This document shows, one piece after another, positions 8,835 to 19,864 of a stretch of DNA of 64,000 nucleotides; position 1 is the first letter of the stretch, and every line of letters starts with the position of its first letter. The notes below the pieces were generated by a model. The model saw only the letters and a program-made list of their open reading frames with translations. It did no database searches and had not been told where the DNA came from. The stretch comes from an uncultured Gammaproteobacteria bacterium (GTDB taxonomy: Bacteria; Patescibacteriota; Microgenomatia; UBA8517). The stretch is from assembly GCA_965231135.1 (NCBI GenBank), contig OZ246419.1, positions 513,488 to 577,487 on the forward strand. Reading direction: 5' to 3'. Both the position numbers and the translations under genes were made by a program.

Positions 8835-10370
8835 TCAAGGATTTATTGCAACCCATGGAGAGCTATCTGGATTTTCTCGGGAAGCTGCCGGGCTATCTCC
8901 CTGGGTCCACCATTTTGCTTGGTAAGGGACTCCATTTAAAATTACTTTAGAACCTGCTTCGTAAATTGCAGTTCCTGACCACTGGGGATAAGTTCCTGGA
9001 GCAACTGTTGGAACTGGAATTGGCGTTTCACCTGGTAAGACTGGACCAACTAATTGCCAAGGAGTCTGGAAAGATTGCAAAACTGGATTATCTGGAAGAT
9101 CGCCCTGGGTCCACCATTTTGCAACATAAACATTGTGATGCCAGACAATTTTTGTACCTTCTAAATATGTAGCGTCAGCTGACCAGATTTGGTAAGGACT
9201 TGTAGCTGGGTCGTCTGGGGTTTCAATATCTTTTTGGTCTGCGACAGTTGTTTTTGCAGCACTATCAGAAATTTTTCCAGATAAACCTGCCTGCAAAAGA
9301 TTGCTAAACGCAAACTTGTCTTCTTTGACTCCGCTACAGGAATCGGAAACGATTTGTGTATTTACATAATTTTCGCCACACTCGATATCACGATTAGCTG
9401 ACCACATAGAAAGCCTTGCAATCTGATTTTGCTCTATAAATGTATTTAAAACTTTTGCATCATCAAGAGTAAAGACCTCGTCTTCGGTATCATTTTGGCC
9501 AATCATTGGAGTTGCTCCAATTTTTCCCCAAATTGATGCACTATTTAAATGAATTCCTGCATTGTCATATAGAATTCCTAACTGCCTATGAGTATTATTT
9601 AAGGCATCAGTATTTGCTTCCTGCAAACTTCCATTTGCTGGAAGAGTTCCATAATCCATAGTCATTACATTTACTCCGGCCAAATCAACTCCGCTATTTA
9701 GCATTGTGGTGATTGCATCTGTTCCATCCTCGGTTAATCCGTTTGGAGCAACTGGCAAAGTTAACCAGACTGCTAAAGATTTATTTTGATTTTTCATGTC
9801 TTTTTGTAATTTGGCAATAGTGTCAGCTCTTCTTTTCATCGCGTCTTTATTTTGTAAATTACTTCCTTCGATATCTAAATCAATAGTGTCAACGCTGTAA
9901 TGGGCGATTACGCTTTTATAAGCATTATATAAATCGCTTTCTTTGGTACAGTTGATTGCAAGCTCGTCGTTTAACTGCCCTCCAAAAGAAATGGCGATAT
10001 TGCCGCCCAATTGTCTAAATCTTGCGATTCTTCGATCTAAATCTAATTTTGAATTTGCATCGTTAATTGTGTAGGCATTTCCCCATGAAGGAGTACAAGG
10101 ATTTGTGCTATCTGAAACAATAAAAGATAAAACAATATTTTTATTTATACTTGCATTGTCTGTCTGCTCAAAACTAAATGAAGGCGTAGCCGTAATATCA
10201 ACATACGGAGCAAACCAGGGGTTTGACTGAATGGTTGGTTTTTCTGCTTTGATTTTGTTCCACCCTAAAAATGCGCCGTAAGAAATTGCGCCTAATATTA
10301 ATAAGCCCAAAAATAATCTTGGAATTGATAATCTTTTACCTTCGTGCATCAGGATAAAACTCCTTTCCAA
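8835..10370 (-). CDS. GH18 chitinase-like protein with two C-terminal CBM5/12 modules
   Basis: FAPYVD, ISFGG, IDLDIEG catalytic motif, NVMTMDYG; two AKWWTQGD modules. Confidence 0.9.
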   Translation of the reverse strand: MERSFILMHEGKRLSIPRLFLGLLILGAISYGAFLGWNKIKAEKPTIQSNPWFAPYVDITATPSFSFEQTDNASINKNIVLSFIVSDSTNPCTPSWGNAYTINDANSKLDLDRRIARFRQLGGNIAISFGGQLNDELAINCTKESDLYNAYKSVIAHYSVDTIDLDIEGSNLQNKDAMKRRADTIAKLQKDMKNQNKSLAVWLTLPVAPNGLTEDGTDAITTMLNSGVDLAGVNVMTMDYGTLPANGSLQEANTDALNNTHRQLGILYDNAGIHLNSASIWGKIGATPMIGQNDTEDEVFTLDDAKVLNTFIEQNQIARLSMWSANRDIECGENYVNTQIVSDSCSGVKEDKFAFSNLLQAGLSGKISDSAAKTTVADQKDIETPDDPATSPYQIWSADATYLEGTKIVWHHNVYVAKWWTQGDLPDNPVLQSFQTPWQLVGPVLPGETPIPVPTVAPGTYPQWSGTAIYEAGSKVILNGVPYQAKWWTQGDSPAASRENPDSSPWVAINP

Positions 10371-12475
10371 TCAATTTCTTGTTTTGGTTCAGTTTTTATT
10401 GGTTCTGCTTTTTCTTCTCTCTTGGCATCAACATACATCCAATTTGTTAAACCAAGATAAGTATCTGTTAGTAAATCAAAAAGACCAATGTATGCGACAA
10501 TTGCCCAAGTTGCGGCTAGTGCATTAAAAGCTGCAAAGGCTGCATTGCCCCAATTACTAATAAGAACATTTCTGTAAATTGTAAAAACTGAGAAAGCTAC
10601 AATTAAAACCGGGACAATAACATAAATCATTCCTGAAGCTGTTCTATTTTTAACCTTAGGAGTTCTAGCAAAAGGAATTTTCTTTCCTGTTACTGCCTGC
10701 TCAACTGATTTGATAACTCCAGCTAAATTAACTGGAAGCATAATTAAATTAAATCCGTAAATTCTAAAAATATCGCTATATTTATAGCCGCAATACTTCA
10801 AATCAGAAGCCTGCGCAATAAAATAGGGAAGCGCTGCAAGCAAAACTAACGGGCTAAGCAACCTTCCATCATAAGGATAGGCAAGAAGAAAAATTAAACC
10901 AAAAGTTGCCCAGGCAATTGAGGCAAGATAATTCATACGTAGCATTACTTCCAATTTTGATTTTTTATTTGCCTGCGCAAGTAATTTTGGCATGATAATT
11001 AAACCACCGTTTGCCCATCTACGGCGCTGAACAACTAATGAACCGAAATCAGGAGGAGTTGCGCTGTAGCTTAATCTTTCCGGATAATTTACAAGATCCC
11101 AACCTTTTGAAGTCATATCAATACTTGATTCAGTATCTTCTATAACTGTGCGGTCTTGGATGTATCTTTTGATTACATTTCCGTTTTCATTGTCATATTC
11201 GACAATGTCATCAAGAGCATTTTTTCTAATAATTGCATTTGCTCCAACCCAGAAAGTGGCTCCATACTGAGTCATTCCCTGATGCAAAATATGCTGAATG
11301 TCTGTAGTTGCACCAGCTAATCTTTCAATACGAGAAAAAGCGCCTCTAAAAGATGAATAAGGAGTTTGAGTGACTGCAACTTTGCTGTTTTGCGGCTGCA
11401 TTAAAAAGTAAACTAAACGTAAACAATATTCCGGAAGAAGAACAGAATCAGCATCAAGGGTTAATAAAAATTCACTATCGGGAATTAATTTTCCTTCAAA
11501 CTTTGTTCCCATTATTCCAATATAAGAATTTAAATTCATGGCCTTATTTGCTTCCTGTGAAAGAGTTGGGTGAAGTTTTCTTTCAAAAGAAGTTAATTTT
11601 CCTTCAAATATCCAGGTCAATCTTTCGTAAAGCTCGAAAACGCGATCGTATGAAAGCTTACCATCTTCCTGCATGGAAATTTCTAAAGCTTCTTCTATTT
11701 TAGTAAGGTCAACAGCTAATTTTCTTAAAACTTCGTTGGCAAAGAAAATATCGACATGATCTTCAATTTTTTCTTCATCTGCCATTTTATTAAGCCAGCG
11801 TGCTGCAAACCTGTATTCGTTGGCTAAATTTCTAATAGCTTTTTTATTGACAGTTTTATTTCTTTTAAACTCGTTGAATGACTTTTGAACTCGTTTGTAC
11901 GGTCCTGATAAGAGTTTTTCAATTTCAATTGGTAAGTTTCTTGCGTCATCTAAGCGTTTTGCATCTTCTGGATTTTTGGGATTTGGATTATTGTCGATTA
12001 ATAAAACTACATTTGTTTTTGGATATTCCTGCAAAACTGCAGATAAAAGAGTTTTACGAATGACAGATTTTTCTTCATTATAAGATGGGACTAAAACTGT
12101 AATTCCTGGTTTATTTTTACTAAAAAATTTATCAAGAATGCTTCTTGCAACTCTTTCGTGCTTTGCAAATCTTTTAAGTGCACCGTGGCGTTCTATAAGA
12201 TAGATTAAAGATGAGAAAGTAAGGAAAGTGACAACAAGGGCGTAGCTAAAAGCTTCCATAGTAAAGTGATAGCTTTGTGGCCCGTCGATAAGCTGCCTAA
12301 TGATAATTGAAAAAATATAAAGGACCCAAAAAACAACTGTTAAGACGATCGCGACACGGCTTAAAGTCAATTTAAAAGGGGATGGCTTGGCATGCAAAAA
12401 AGAAAGAGGGGTAGTATTTTTTTCTGCACCCCACTGATGTTTGCGGACAAGCTTTTTCTGAGACATAACCATCAA
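10349..12475 (-). CDS. Processive GT2 glycosyltransferase (cellulose-synthase-like)
   Basis: KAMNLN, LDADS, EDTE and QRRRW motifs; multiple TMs. Confidence 0.9.
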   Translation of the reverse strand: MMVMSQKKLVRKHQWGAEKNTTPLSFLHAKPSPFKLTLSRVAIVLTVVFWVLYIFSIIIRQLIDGPQSYHFTMEAFSYALVVTFLTFSSLIYLIERHGALKRFAKHERVARSILDKFFSKNKPGITVLVPSYNEEKSVIRKTLLSAVLQEYPKTNVVLLIDNNPNPKNPEDAKRLDDARNLPIEIEKLLSGPYKRVQKSFNEFKRNKTVNKKAIRNLANEYRFAARWLNKMADEEKIEDHVDIFFANEVLRKLAVDLTKIEEALEISMQEDGKLSYDRVFELYERLTWIFEGKLTSFERKLHPTLSQEANKAMNLNSYIGIMGTKFEGKLIPDSEFLLTLDADSVLLPEYCLRLVYFLMQPQNSKVAVTQTPYSSFRGAFSRIERLAGATTDIQHILHQGMTQYGATFWVGANAIIRKNALDDIVEYDNENGNVIKRYIQDRTVIEDTESSIDMTSKGWDLVNYPERLSYSATPPDFGSLVVQRRRWANGGLIIMPKLLAQANKKSKLEVMLRMNYLASIAWATFGLIFLLAYPYDGRLLSPLVLLAALPYFIAQASDLKYCGYKYSDIFRIYGFNLIMLPVNLAGVIKSVEQAVTGKKIPFARTPKVKNRTASGMIYVIVPVLIVAFSVFTIYRNVLISNWGNAAFAAFNALAATWAIVAYIGLFDLLTDTYLGLTNWMYVDAKREEKAEPIKTEPKQEIDWKGVLS

Positions 12476-12506
12476 TTATAGGGTAGTTCTTGTGAAATTT
12501 CAAGAG

Positions 12507-14192
12507 CTAATAACAATAAAGAGTTGATGCAGAACTGGATACTAGCTTATTAATTTTTTTGCAGGGAAGGTTGGCCACTCTTTGAAATTTTATATTTTGT
12601 TCTGTTAGGAGTGTGTAGTTTGAGTAAAATTCCTGGGATTTTACTTTAAAGGTATTTCCCGAGTCTCTCATCTCTTCAAATTGTGTGTTTTCTGCCTGCA
12701 TTCCTAAAATATTAGTGTTTAACGCGGCAATGAAATATAGAGAATTATTGATAAATATAAGTGTGAAGATTGTAATTGAAAAGAATTTGGTAAATTTATT
12801 TTTATCAAAAGCAACAAGTATTGGAATCAATAAAACAAAAGGTATTAATTCAATTTGAGATACATAACGAAGAAGGTTTGGAGTTGGAACAACTAAACTT
12901 GCAATTGTAATAAGCGTAAAAGCAAAAAAAGATACATATATAGAATATTTTTGACGCATTGTATCTGCATTAAATGACATATATATAGTAAAAATAAAAC
13001 TTGCAAGAACTATTCCTGAGAAAAGAGGACCTGTTGCACCAACTCGATTATTGAAAAGTTTTGAAGCATCGTCAATCTCTTTAATACTAAAGGTAAAAGG
13101 TAATTTTAAATAAGCTCGATTCGAGATGCTTCTTGTATCGCCTGCACTTGCGACTTGCGATCTACCGAAAATTCCATAAACATAAAGAATGATTGGATTG
13201 GCGTATTTTAGATTTTGCGGAAGATTATTATATTTGACACTGCCGTTGAGAGCTGGAATGTTTGTTGGATAAAAAGGAGTTTGGTAAAAATAAATATTTT
13301 TAATATAAGGTATCCAGGAAAATATAAATGAAACAAGTATTACCAAAAAAATAAAAAGTTTTGCAGTTTTATTTAAGAAATATTCTTTGTTCATAAATCG
13401 ATTTATGACTATAACCATGAAGATTATGCCAAGAAGACCTGCAACTGGAAGCAAACTATATTTTGAACTTGCCAAAAATATTTCAGCGCTTATAAAGGAA
13501 ATTAAACTCCAATAGTTTTTCTTTTTAAGAATAAAGACAATAAGACTACTTATTGCAATTATTGTAATCTCGTAGGCAAGACCATCCTGCATAAAACTAA
13601 ATTGTTGATTTATAAATAATGGCTGAAAACAAACCAGAAATGAAAGAAACACCGATAGAAAAGTTTTAATTTTAATTTTTTTAAGTAAGATAAATGTAAA
13701 GAGCATTGCGATTAGCAAAAAGATAAAATTAATTATTTTTGCGGAATTAACTGACCCGACAACGTTGTAAATACTTGCTTCGATTTCCCAAGACATTGTT
13801 GGATATCCCTCGGCAAAAACTTGACTTGGAAGTCTAACTGGAAAATTTATAGTTTTTTGCCAAACCGGATTCCAACCTTTGGAGAGAGCAATTACTGCTG
13901 TTTGATGATATCCTTGACCATCCCAGCTTAAATCATATGTTTTTCCAATTAAAAGAGATAATCCAAGAAAAATAAACGAAGTAATTACAAATATTAATAG
14001 AGGTGTAAAGTTTTTTGTTTTATTCTTTTGTGTAAGAAAATAAATCGATAATATGAATATGTAAAAGAAAAAACTTATTGGAAGAGTATAAGATGAAATG
14101 GGGATTTTTAAGAAAAATCCGAGGCGGATGAGCAAGACCTCAAAAATAAAAAATTCAAAAAAAAGGAAAGTAAATTTCTCAATTTTCTTCAT
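12507..14192 (-). CDS. Multi-pass membrane protein (possible GT-C)
   Basis: More than 10 TMs; DLSWDGQGYH luminal loop motif. Confidence 0.7.
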   Translation of the reverse strand: MKKIEKFTFLFFEFFIFEVLLIRLGFFLKIPISSYTLPISFFFYIFILSIYFLTQKNKTKNFTPLLIFVITSFIFLGLSLLIGKTYDLSWDGQGYHQTAVIALSKGWNPVWQKTINFPVRLPSQVFAEGYPTMSWEIEASIYNVVGSVNSAKIINFIFLLIAMLFTFILLKKIKIKTFLSVFLSFLVCFQPLFINQQFSFMQDGLAYEITIIAISSLIVFILKKKNYWSLISFISAEIFLASSKYSLLPVAGLLGIIFMVIVINRFMNKEYFLNKTAKLFIFLVILVSFIFSWIPYIKNIYFYQTPFYPTNIPALNGSVKYNNLPQNLKYANPIILYVYGIFGRSQVASAGDTRSISNRAYLKLPFTFSIKEIDDASKLFNNRVGATGPLFSGIVLASFIFTIYMSFNADTMRQKYSIYVSFFAFTLITIASLVVPTPNLLRYVSQIELIPFVLLIPILVAFDKNKFTKFFSITIFTLIFINNSLYFIAALNTNILGMQAENTQFEEMRDSGNTFKVKSQEFYSNYTLLTEQNIKFQRVANLPCKKINKLVSSSASTLYCY

Positions 14193-14277
14193 GAGACTTG
14201 ACTATAAAATCCTTTAATACACAATTCTTACAAATTATTGTAATAAATTTGTAAACTTCAGCTTATTCTTAAGCTTC

Positions 14278-16281
14278 ATGTGGGAAAGTGATCTTAAATT
14301 AGATAAATATATTTATGTTCGCGATAACCCGCTTTTAATAAAAACACTTGGTCTTGTAGGTCTTGTGACAACATTAATTATGGCCTACGGGTTTTGGAAA
14401 TTTTTTCATGTAAGTATTTTTTATTTAATTTTTTTTGGACCAATTGTTTTTATTTTTATTGTAAATAAAGTTTTAAGATATGCGATACAGTTGTTTTATC
14501 CAAAGTTTGACATAGAGCGTCATGAAGAATTCGTCTCAAACTTTTGGGCAACTCATGAAGAACCGTCTGTCGATATTTTTTTGCCTTGGGCAGGCGAAGA
14601 CTTAAAAATACACGAAGAAGTTGTAAAAGCTGTTAATAATTTAAATTATAAAAATTTTAAAGTATACATGCTTGATGATGGAGGATTGCCAGAACATAAA
14701 AGTCTTGCTGATAAGTATAAATTTAATCATTTACAGCGACCAAATAGGGGTGAATTTAAAAAATCTGGAAATTTACAATATGGGTACGATCATTCTTCTG
14801 GAGAGTTTGTATTTATACTTGATGCAGATTTTATTCCAACACGTGATAGTTTACATGACCTAATTCCTTATATCGCAAGCGATAATCAAATGGGAATTTT
14901 ACAAACTCCTCAGTATTTTGAGCAAACAAAAAAAGTGCATAAAAGGTCTGCAATAGAGTTTGGGGGAGGAAATATTGTTGAGGAGTTTTATAAAATTAAT
15001 TTGCCATGCCGAGATGTATTTAGAGCTTCAATGTGTGTTGGTACTTCAGCAATTTACAGGCGAACTGCAATTATGAAACTTGAAGGAACTCCAAAAGTGC
15101 ATGCAAGCGAAGACCTTGCGACTGGACTTCTTGTTACACAACATGGATATTATGTTAAATATTTGCCACTTATTTGCAGCATGGGTACGAGCCCTGAAAC
15201 TTTTCAAGGATATTTTAAACAACATCAAAGATGGTGTAGCGGAAATATTGTTTTTGCAAAATATTGGCCTCAGGCAAGACTTAATCCTATTGCAAGAATT
15301 ATTTATTTATCAAACCCCAGTTATTATTTGGCCGAAGCTTTGGGGATATTTTTCTCTTTTCAGTTTTTAGCACTTTTATATTTCAATGGAAATACATTAA
15401 ACATTCGTAATGTCATCTATTTTTTGCCTTATCTTTTTTACAGCCGAGTTTTGGTTCCGCTTTCTAAAACTAATAAAAATAAACTAGGGACAAGACTTGC
15501 AGCGCTTTCGAATGCGTATACATATATTTATACATACATTCACATGATTGTTTCTGGTGTTCCAAAATGGCATCCGACTGGAGTGAAAATTACAAAAATG
15601 CACAAAGATTTTTTGCATGCAATAGATATTGGAATAGTTTTGTCTTCCGTTTTTATAATCTCTTTTTTATTTGTAATATTTAAAAGACCTCAAATACTTG
15701 GAAACTATAATGCATATTTGATTTTGGGATGGGCTGTTTATTCGGCATTTTGGCACGGAGTTTTTTTGTTTCTTGCTTCAAGATTTATTTTGCAAAACAC
15801 TATTTCTGATGCAAACAGCCCTTTCAAAAAGATTTATCTTTATACAAAAAGCCATTTGTCCATTTTGTTAATAATTATTCTTTTTGGGGCACTTATTTTT
15901 AATGCAACTATTGCTTTTAAAAATCCAGATGCACCAACAGTTCTTGCATTGAACGAGCTGACTGGTAGAGATACAACTAGAATTGCTTTAAATACTTCTT
16001 CTCCGACTTCAAACCAAATTGTTGTTGCTCCAAATCAGACACCTGCGACTTTTAAATATAAAGCGCAAAAGGGAGATTCACTTACAAAATTGGCTGTTAA
16101 CGCAATAAGAGATTATGAGAAAACAAACAAAATGAGTTTAACGGCTAAGCAAGAAAATTTTGCTGCGGCGAAAATTGTCGCAAATATAACTAAGAAAGGA
16201 ATATTAAAAATTGGAGATGAAATTGATTTTGATCCAGTACTTCTTAATAAAGAAATTACTGTGGCAGAGAATATTCGCTAG
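14278..16281 (+). CDS. Cellulose-synthase-like GT2 with C-terminal LysM-like domain
   Basis: VDIFLP, LDDG, KSGNL, LDADF, QTPQYF, SED, QHQRW; C-terminal YKAQKGDSLTKLA. Confidence 0.85.
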   Translation: MWESDLKLDKYIYVRDNPLLIKTLGLVGLVTTLIMAYGFWKFFHVSIFYLIFFGPIVFIFIVNKVLRYAIQLFYPKFDIERHEEFVSNFWATHEEPSVDIFLPWAGEDLKIHEEVVKAVNNLNYKNFKVYMLDDGGLPEHKSLADKYKFNHLQRPNRGEFKKSGNLQYGYDHSSGEFVFILDADFIPTRDSLHDLIPYIASDNQMGILQTPQYFEQTKKVHKRSAIEFGGGNIVEEFYKINLPCRDVFRASMCVGTSAIYRRTAIMKLEGTPKVHASEDLATGLLVTQHGYYVKYLPLICSMGTSPETFQGYFKQHQRWCSGNIVFAKYWPQARLNPIARIIYLSNPSYYLAEALGIFFSFQFLALLYFNGNTLNIRNVIYFLPYLFYSRVLVPLSKTNKNKLGTRLAALSNAYTYIYTYIHMIVSGVPKWHPTGVKITKMHKDFLHAIDIGIVLSSVFIISFLFVIFKRPQILGNYNAYLILGWAVYSAFWHGVFLFLASRFILQNTISDANSPFKKIYLYTKSHLSILLIIILFGALIFNATIAFKNPDAPTVLALNELTGRDTTRIALNTSSPTSNQIVVAPNQTPATFKYKAQKGDSLTKLAVNAIRDYEKTNKMSLTAKQENFAAAKIVANITKKGILKIGDEIDFDPVLLNKEITVAENIR

Positions 16282-17260
16282 AATAAATTGTATTATTTAA
16301 GCCAGATTTTACAGAGTTAATATAATTAGTTGATTTTTCAATCCTCCAGTCAACTTCACCAAGATTAGATTTGTCTTCGTTAAAGAAGATAATTGCTTTG
16401 ATTTGTGGAAATGTGTCTGGAAGTTCTGTAAGTAATTGTGAAAGCCAAGTCGCTTTGTAATCATTTGGCACAGAATTTGTTTCTGATAACATAATTGGTT
16501 TTGCAGTTATGCTAGTTAATTCCTGATATGATTGCTCAAATACATTTTTAAAGGGAGTTTTTCCCCAATTGTAGCCATCAAGCGCAACCCAATCTACAAA
16601 GCCATCTCCTGGATAAAGCTCCTTATAGGGAATTGTGTTTTGTCCTGTTGTATTGAAAGATAAAACCCATTGGACGTTAATTGCACCGTTATTTTTTAAA
16701 ACATTATGAAAATGAATCCATGCATTTTTGAAATCATTGTTTGTGCTATTTAGCAAAGGAATGCTCCAATACATTTGGGGGAGATTCATTTCCCAAGCAA
16801 AACGAAGGAGGATCGGCTTATTGTAACTTTTTAAGTTGTCTGCAATTTCTTTTAGAAATTGGTCGCAAGAACCACTGGCAATTTTTTGATATAGATTATC
16901 TTCTTTTTTTCCTGGACAGCCAGCAAAAAAATAGGGATTTGAACTTACCATTGGTACCCAACCATGTGAAGAGATCTGGTTTAAATTATTTATAAATTCG
17001 GGGCTTGCTAAATATTCCCAACCGTCGTAAAAATTAGCGATCGCCATTTTTTTACCGAGGGTATTTTGAAAATTAAAAAGAGGACTAATATTTAATTTTT
17101 GATTTTCCCAAAAACCTCCAACCCAGGCACCGACATAAATTTGTTTTTCGTTTTTTACCATATTTTGTTCTGGAACTGATTGTGTTTTTTGTTTTTCCTT
17201 AAATATGAAAAACAAGCTGATTACGGCAAAAAATAAAAGTGCATAAAAAATATTTTTCAT
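16256..17260 (-). CDS. GH26 beta-mannanase-like glycoside hydrolase
   Basis: LRFAWEMN, YPGDGFVDWVALDGYNWG, KPIMLSE motifs. Confidence 0.9.
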   Translation of the reverse strand: MKNIFYALLFFAVISLFFIFKEKQKTQSVPEQNMVKNEKQIYVGAWVGGFWENQKLNISPLFNFQNTLGKKMAIANFYDGWEYLASPEFINNLNQISSHGWVPMVSSNPYFFAGCPGKKEDNLYQKIASGSCDQFLKEIADNLKSYNKPILLRFAWEMNLPQMYWSIPLLNSTNNDFKNAWIHFHNVLKNNGAINVQWVLSFNTTGQNTIPYKELYPGDGFVDWVALDGYNWGKTPFKNVFEQSYQELTSITAKPIMLSETNSVPNDYKATWLSQLLTELPDTFPQIKAIIFFNEDKSNLGEVDWRIEKSTNYINSVKSGLNNTIYSSEYSLPQ

Positions 17261-17332
17261 ATTAACTTATATTAGAATATCATTTCTAATATTTTATTTG
17301 ATAAGACGATGAGGAAACCGCTAAGAACTAGA

Positions 17333-17542
17333 TTATTTTTGAGAGACTTGGCTGGAAACAGCTTGAACTGTTGTCTGATTGCCACCGTTTTGGTTTTGAA
17401 CTACAACCATCAAAGTAAAAAGTGCCATAAAAAGAAGACCAAATAAAACTACATAAGTAATTATTTTACTTTGCATCACTTCTTTTTCGTGATGAGCTAA
17501 AGTTTTGTGGTGTTTCTTTGCTTTTGCCATTTGTAATATCAT
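17333..17542 (-). CDS. Small single-TM hypothetical protein
   Basis: Basic/His-rich N-terminus plus one TM; start uncertain. Confidence 0.55.
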   Translation of the reverse strand: MILQMAKAKKHHKTLAHHEKEVMQSKIITYVVLFGLLFMALFTLMVVVQNQNGGNQTTVQAVSSQVSQK

Positions 17543-17559
17543 ATTAGTAATATAGCTTT

Positions 17560-18204
17560 ATGGATGTCAAGAGGTATATTTTATTTGCAGCTGGAATCTT
17601 ATTTGGATTAAGCGTTGTCTTTATTTATAAAATAATTACAACTCACCCTGCAGAGCCAATCGGAAATATTGTGCAAAATATTGCAAAGCCTGACTTTGAT
17701 ATTTCCAAAGCTCCAAGCCAGTCTATTCAAGGAAAAATTTTATCTATGAGCGGAAATATTTTTTGGGAAAGCAGAACTGCAACAGAATCTTCACAAATAA
17801 GTTATCCGCAGATACTTCAACAGGGAGAAAGTTTGCAAACAGGAGATAACGGAAATGCGCAAGTTGAATTTCCAAATGAAGCAGAAATAATAATGGATGC
17901 AAAAACAGAAATTGATTTTATACAAACCCTGCCAACAGAGTTTGTTGTAAATATTGCAAGCGGATCGGCGACATTTACAAAATTAAACGACCCTCTGGAA
18001 ATAAGAGCTGGGCATTTATTGACAAAAATAAATAGCGGACAAACAAAAATTGGAATTGATGAAACAGGGAATATAAATTTGAATATCATAAGCGGATCAA
18101 TAACCAGCGCTTATAATGATCAAAATCTTGTTAGTCATGAAGAAGATTTTAATTCTCCACAAAGATTTACATTTGACGATTTGACAAGGAAATTTGTTTT
18201 TTGA
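17560..18204 (+). CDS. FecR-domain-like membrane-anchored protein
   Basis: LQQGESLQTGDNGNAQVEF FecR-type motif. Confidence 0.7.
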   Translation: MDVKRYILFAAGILFGLSVVFIYKIITTHPAEPIGNIVQNIAKPDFDISKAPSQSIQGKILSMSGNIFWESRTATESSQISYPQILQQGESLQTGDNGNAQVEFPNEAEIIMDAKTEIDFIQTLPTEFVVNIASGSATFTKLNDPLEIRAGHLLTKINSGQTKIGIDETGNINLNIISGSITSAYNDQNLVSHEEDFNSPQRFTFDDLTRKFVF

Positions 18205-18216
18205 TATCGTTAACTA

Positions 18217-18669
18217 ATGCAAAACGACTTTACACCTGACGCAACTCCAGATATTCATATTGGAACTGAGACAACTCCTGCGACAAATGGTACAAATCCA
18301 ACAATTCCGCCAGCCACTCCTCAGCCAACTACAACACCAATTAGCCCTGAACCAAGCCCGATAACTCCTATGCCTATGCCAAATGATTCGAAGAAAAAAA
18401 CAATGATGATGGTTTTAATTATTGTGATAATTATTGCTTTGCTTGCAATCGGCGGAGCAGTTTATTTTTTGCTTCTTAAAAAGCCAGCAACTGCAATTCC
18501 TACTTCAACTCCACAGGCAACTATGACTACTGCACCAACTACATCGCCAATATCTTCTTCAACGCCAGTACTGACACCTACACCAACAAGCACGGATAGC
18601 GCAACGATAGACATTAACTTGAATACAACTGCGACAACAAGCGCTACTCCTTCAGCAACTCCTCAATAG
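18217..18669 (+). CDS. Pro/Thr-rich single-TM protein
   Basis: Low-complexity PT tracts around one TM. Confidence 0.7.
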   Translation: MQNDFTPDATPDIHIGTETTPATNGTNPTIPPATPQPTTTPISPEPSPITPMPMPNDSKKKTMMMVLIIVIIIALLAIGGAVYFLLLKKPATAIPTSTPQATMTTAPTTSPISSSTPVLTPTPTSTDSATIDINLNTTATTSATPSATPQ

Positions 18670-19834
18670 GATTGAAGATATTTCCACTTTGATTTTCATA
18701 ACCTAAGGCCCAAATTGCTAACCCCCCCAGATTATTGCCTTTGATAAAGTTTATTTTGGAGCTAACACTCTTCATATCAGGGTAAAAATATTGCTGAAAA
18801 GTATTTGAATCGGTATTTTTATAAATTAAATAACTTTCCTGAGCAACATTATCAAACTGAGCACTGCAAGTTGCACAATTACTTAATAAATTTTCCAGAT
18901 CTTTATTATCTTCTATAAATGCTGTGGTTGGAATTACAGCAGAACGAGGAAAATTATCTATAGTTTCCCATGAATATCCATAAAATGGCATTCCTAATAA
19001 AATATTTTTAGGGTCAATTAATTTACTTGCAGCATTTATTGCACTTTGGGTATCAAATTCACTTTCGCTTCCAGCTCCATATAAAGGAGCGACAGGGCCT
19101 GTCACCAACGAGCTTGGGGAATGAAAGTCGTAGGCCATGACAACAATATAATCAAGATAATTTATGATATTTTTGGGAACAGAAAGATGATCATCGCGAA
19201 CTAAATCAACAGGAATAATATCGTCGCTTAACGTAAGACTTGGAATTTTGGATTTAATTTGATCGTGAATTTCTTTAATAAATAATTGGTAATTTAACTG
19301 CGCTGAGGGAGAGGCAGTATCCGTGCCTTCAATATCCATATTAAGATCCGAGAAACCGTATTGAGAAATAATTGGCGTAAGGTCATTTACCAAATTATCT
19401 GCGTGATTTACAGGATCAGAAATTAATTCATTGATTGAATCCTGATCTCCGTCAAAAATTGTTAGAGAGAGTTTGATATTATTTTGCCTTGCATTATCAA
19501 AAAATGGATCTAATTTGCCGGAAGTTAGAGCTAAATATCCAGGCTCTGATTCTCCAGGCATTGTGAATTTTAGAATTGAACCATCTGTGTCTGGCGTCAA
19601 ACTAAAATAATCTAAATTGGTTATTTTGCCAGCATAATTTTCACTTGCACTACTTAATAACCAATAAGGCAAAAATCCCAACACTTCCTTATTTGTTTTT
19701 TTTGAAGTTGAGACTGTTGTAGAAACTGGATTTTTTGAAGATGGCTTTTGAATTATATTGGTTAGTAAAAAGCCAAGACTCAAGCCAAAAACTAAACCTA
19801 AAATAATTACTGAAAGATTTTTAAATACTTGCAT
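18644..19834 (-). CDS. GH18 family glycoside hydrolase (YdhD-like)
   Basis: GFLPYW, NMDIE, VMAYDF, LLGMPFYGY, GLAIWALG; start moved to MQVFK. Confidence 0.85.
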   Translation of the reverse strand: MQVFKNLSVIILGLVFGLSLGFLLTNIIQKPSSKNPVSTTVSTSKKTNKEVLGFLPYWLLSSASENYAGKITNLDYFSLTPDTDGSILKFTMPGESEPGYLALTSGKLDPFFDNARQNNIKLSLTIFDGDQDSINELISDPVNHADNLVNDLTPIISQYGFSDLNMDIEGTDTASPSAQLNYQLFIKEIHDQIKSKIPSLTLSDDIIPVDLVRDDHLSVPKNIINYLDYIVVMAYDFHSPSSLVTGPVAPLYGAGSESEFDTQSAINAASKLIDPKNILLGMPFYGYSWETIDNFPRSAVIPTTAFIEDNKDLENLLSNCATCSAQFDNVAQESYLIYKNTDSNTFQQYFYPDMKSVSSKINFIKGNNLGGLAIWALGYENQSGNIFNPIEELLKE

Positions 19835-19864
19835 AAATACAGTATAATATATTTCGGATTTTAT

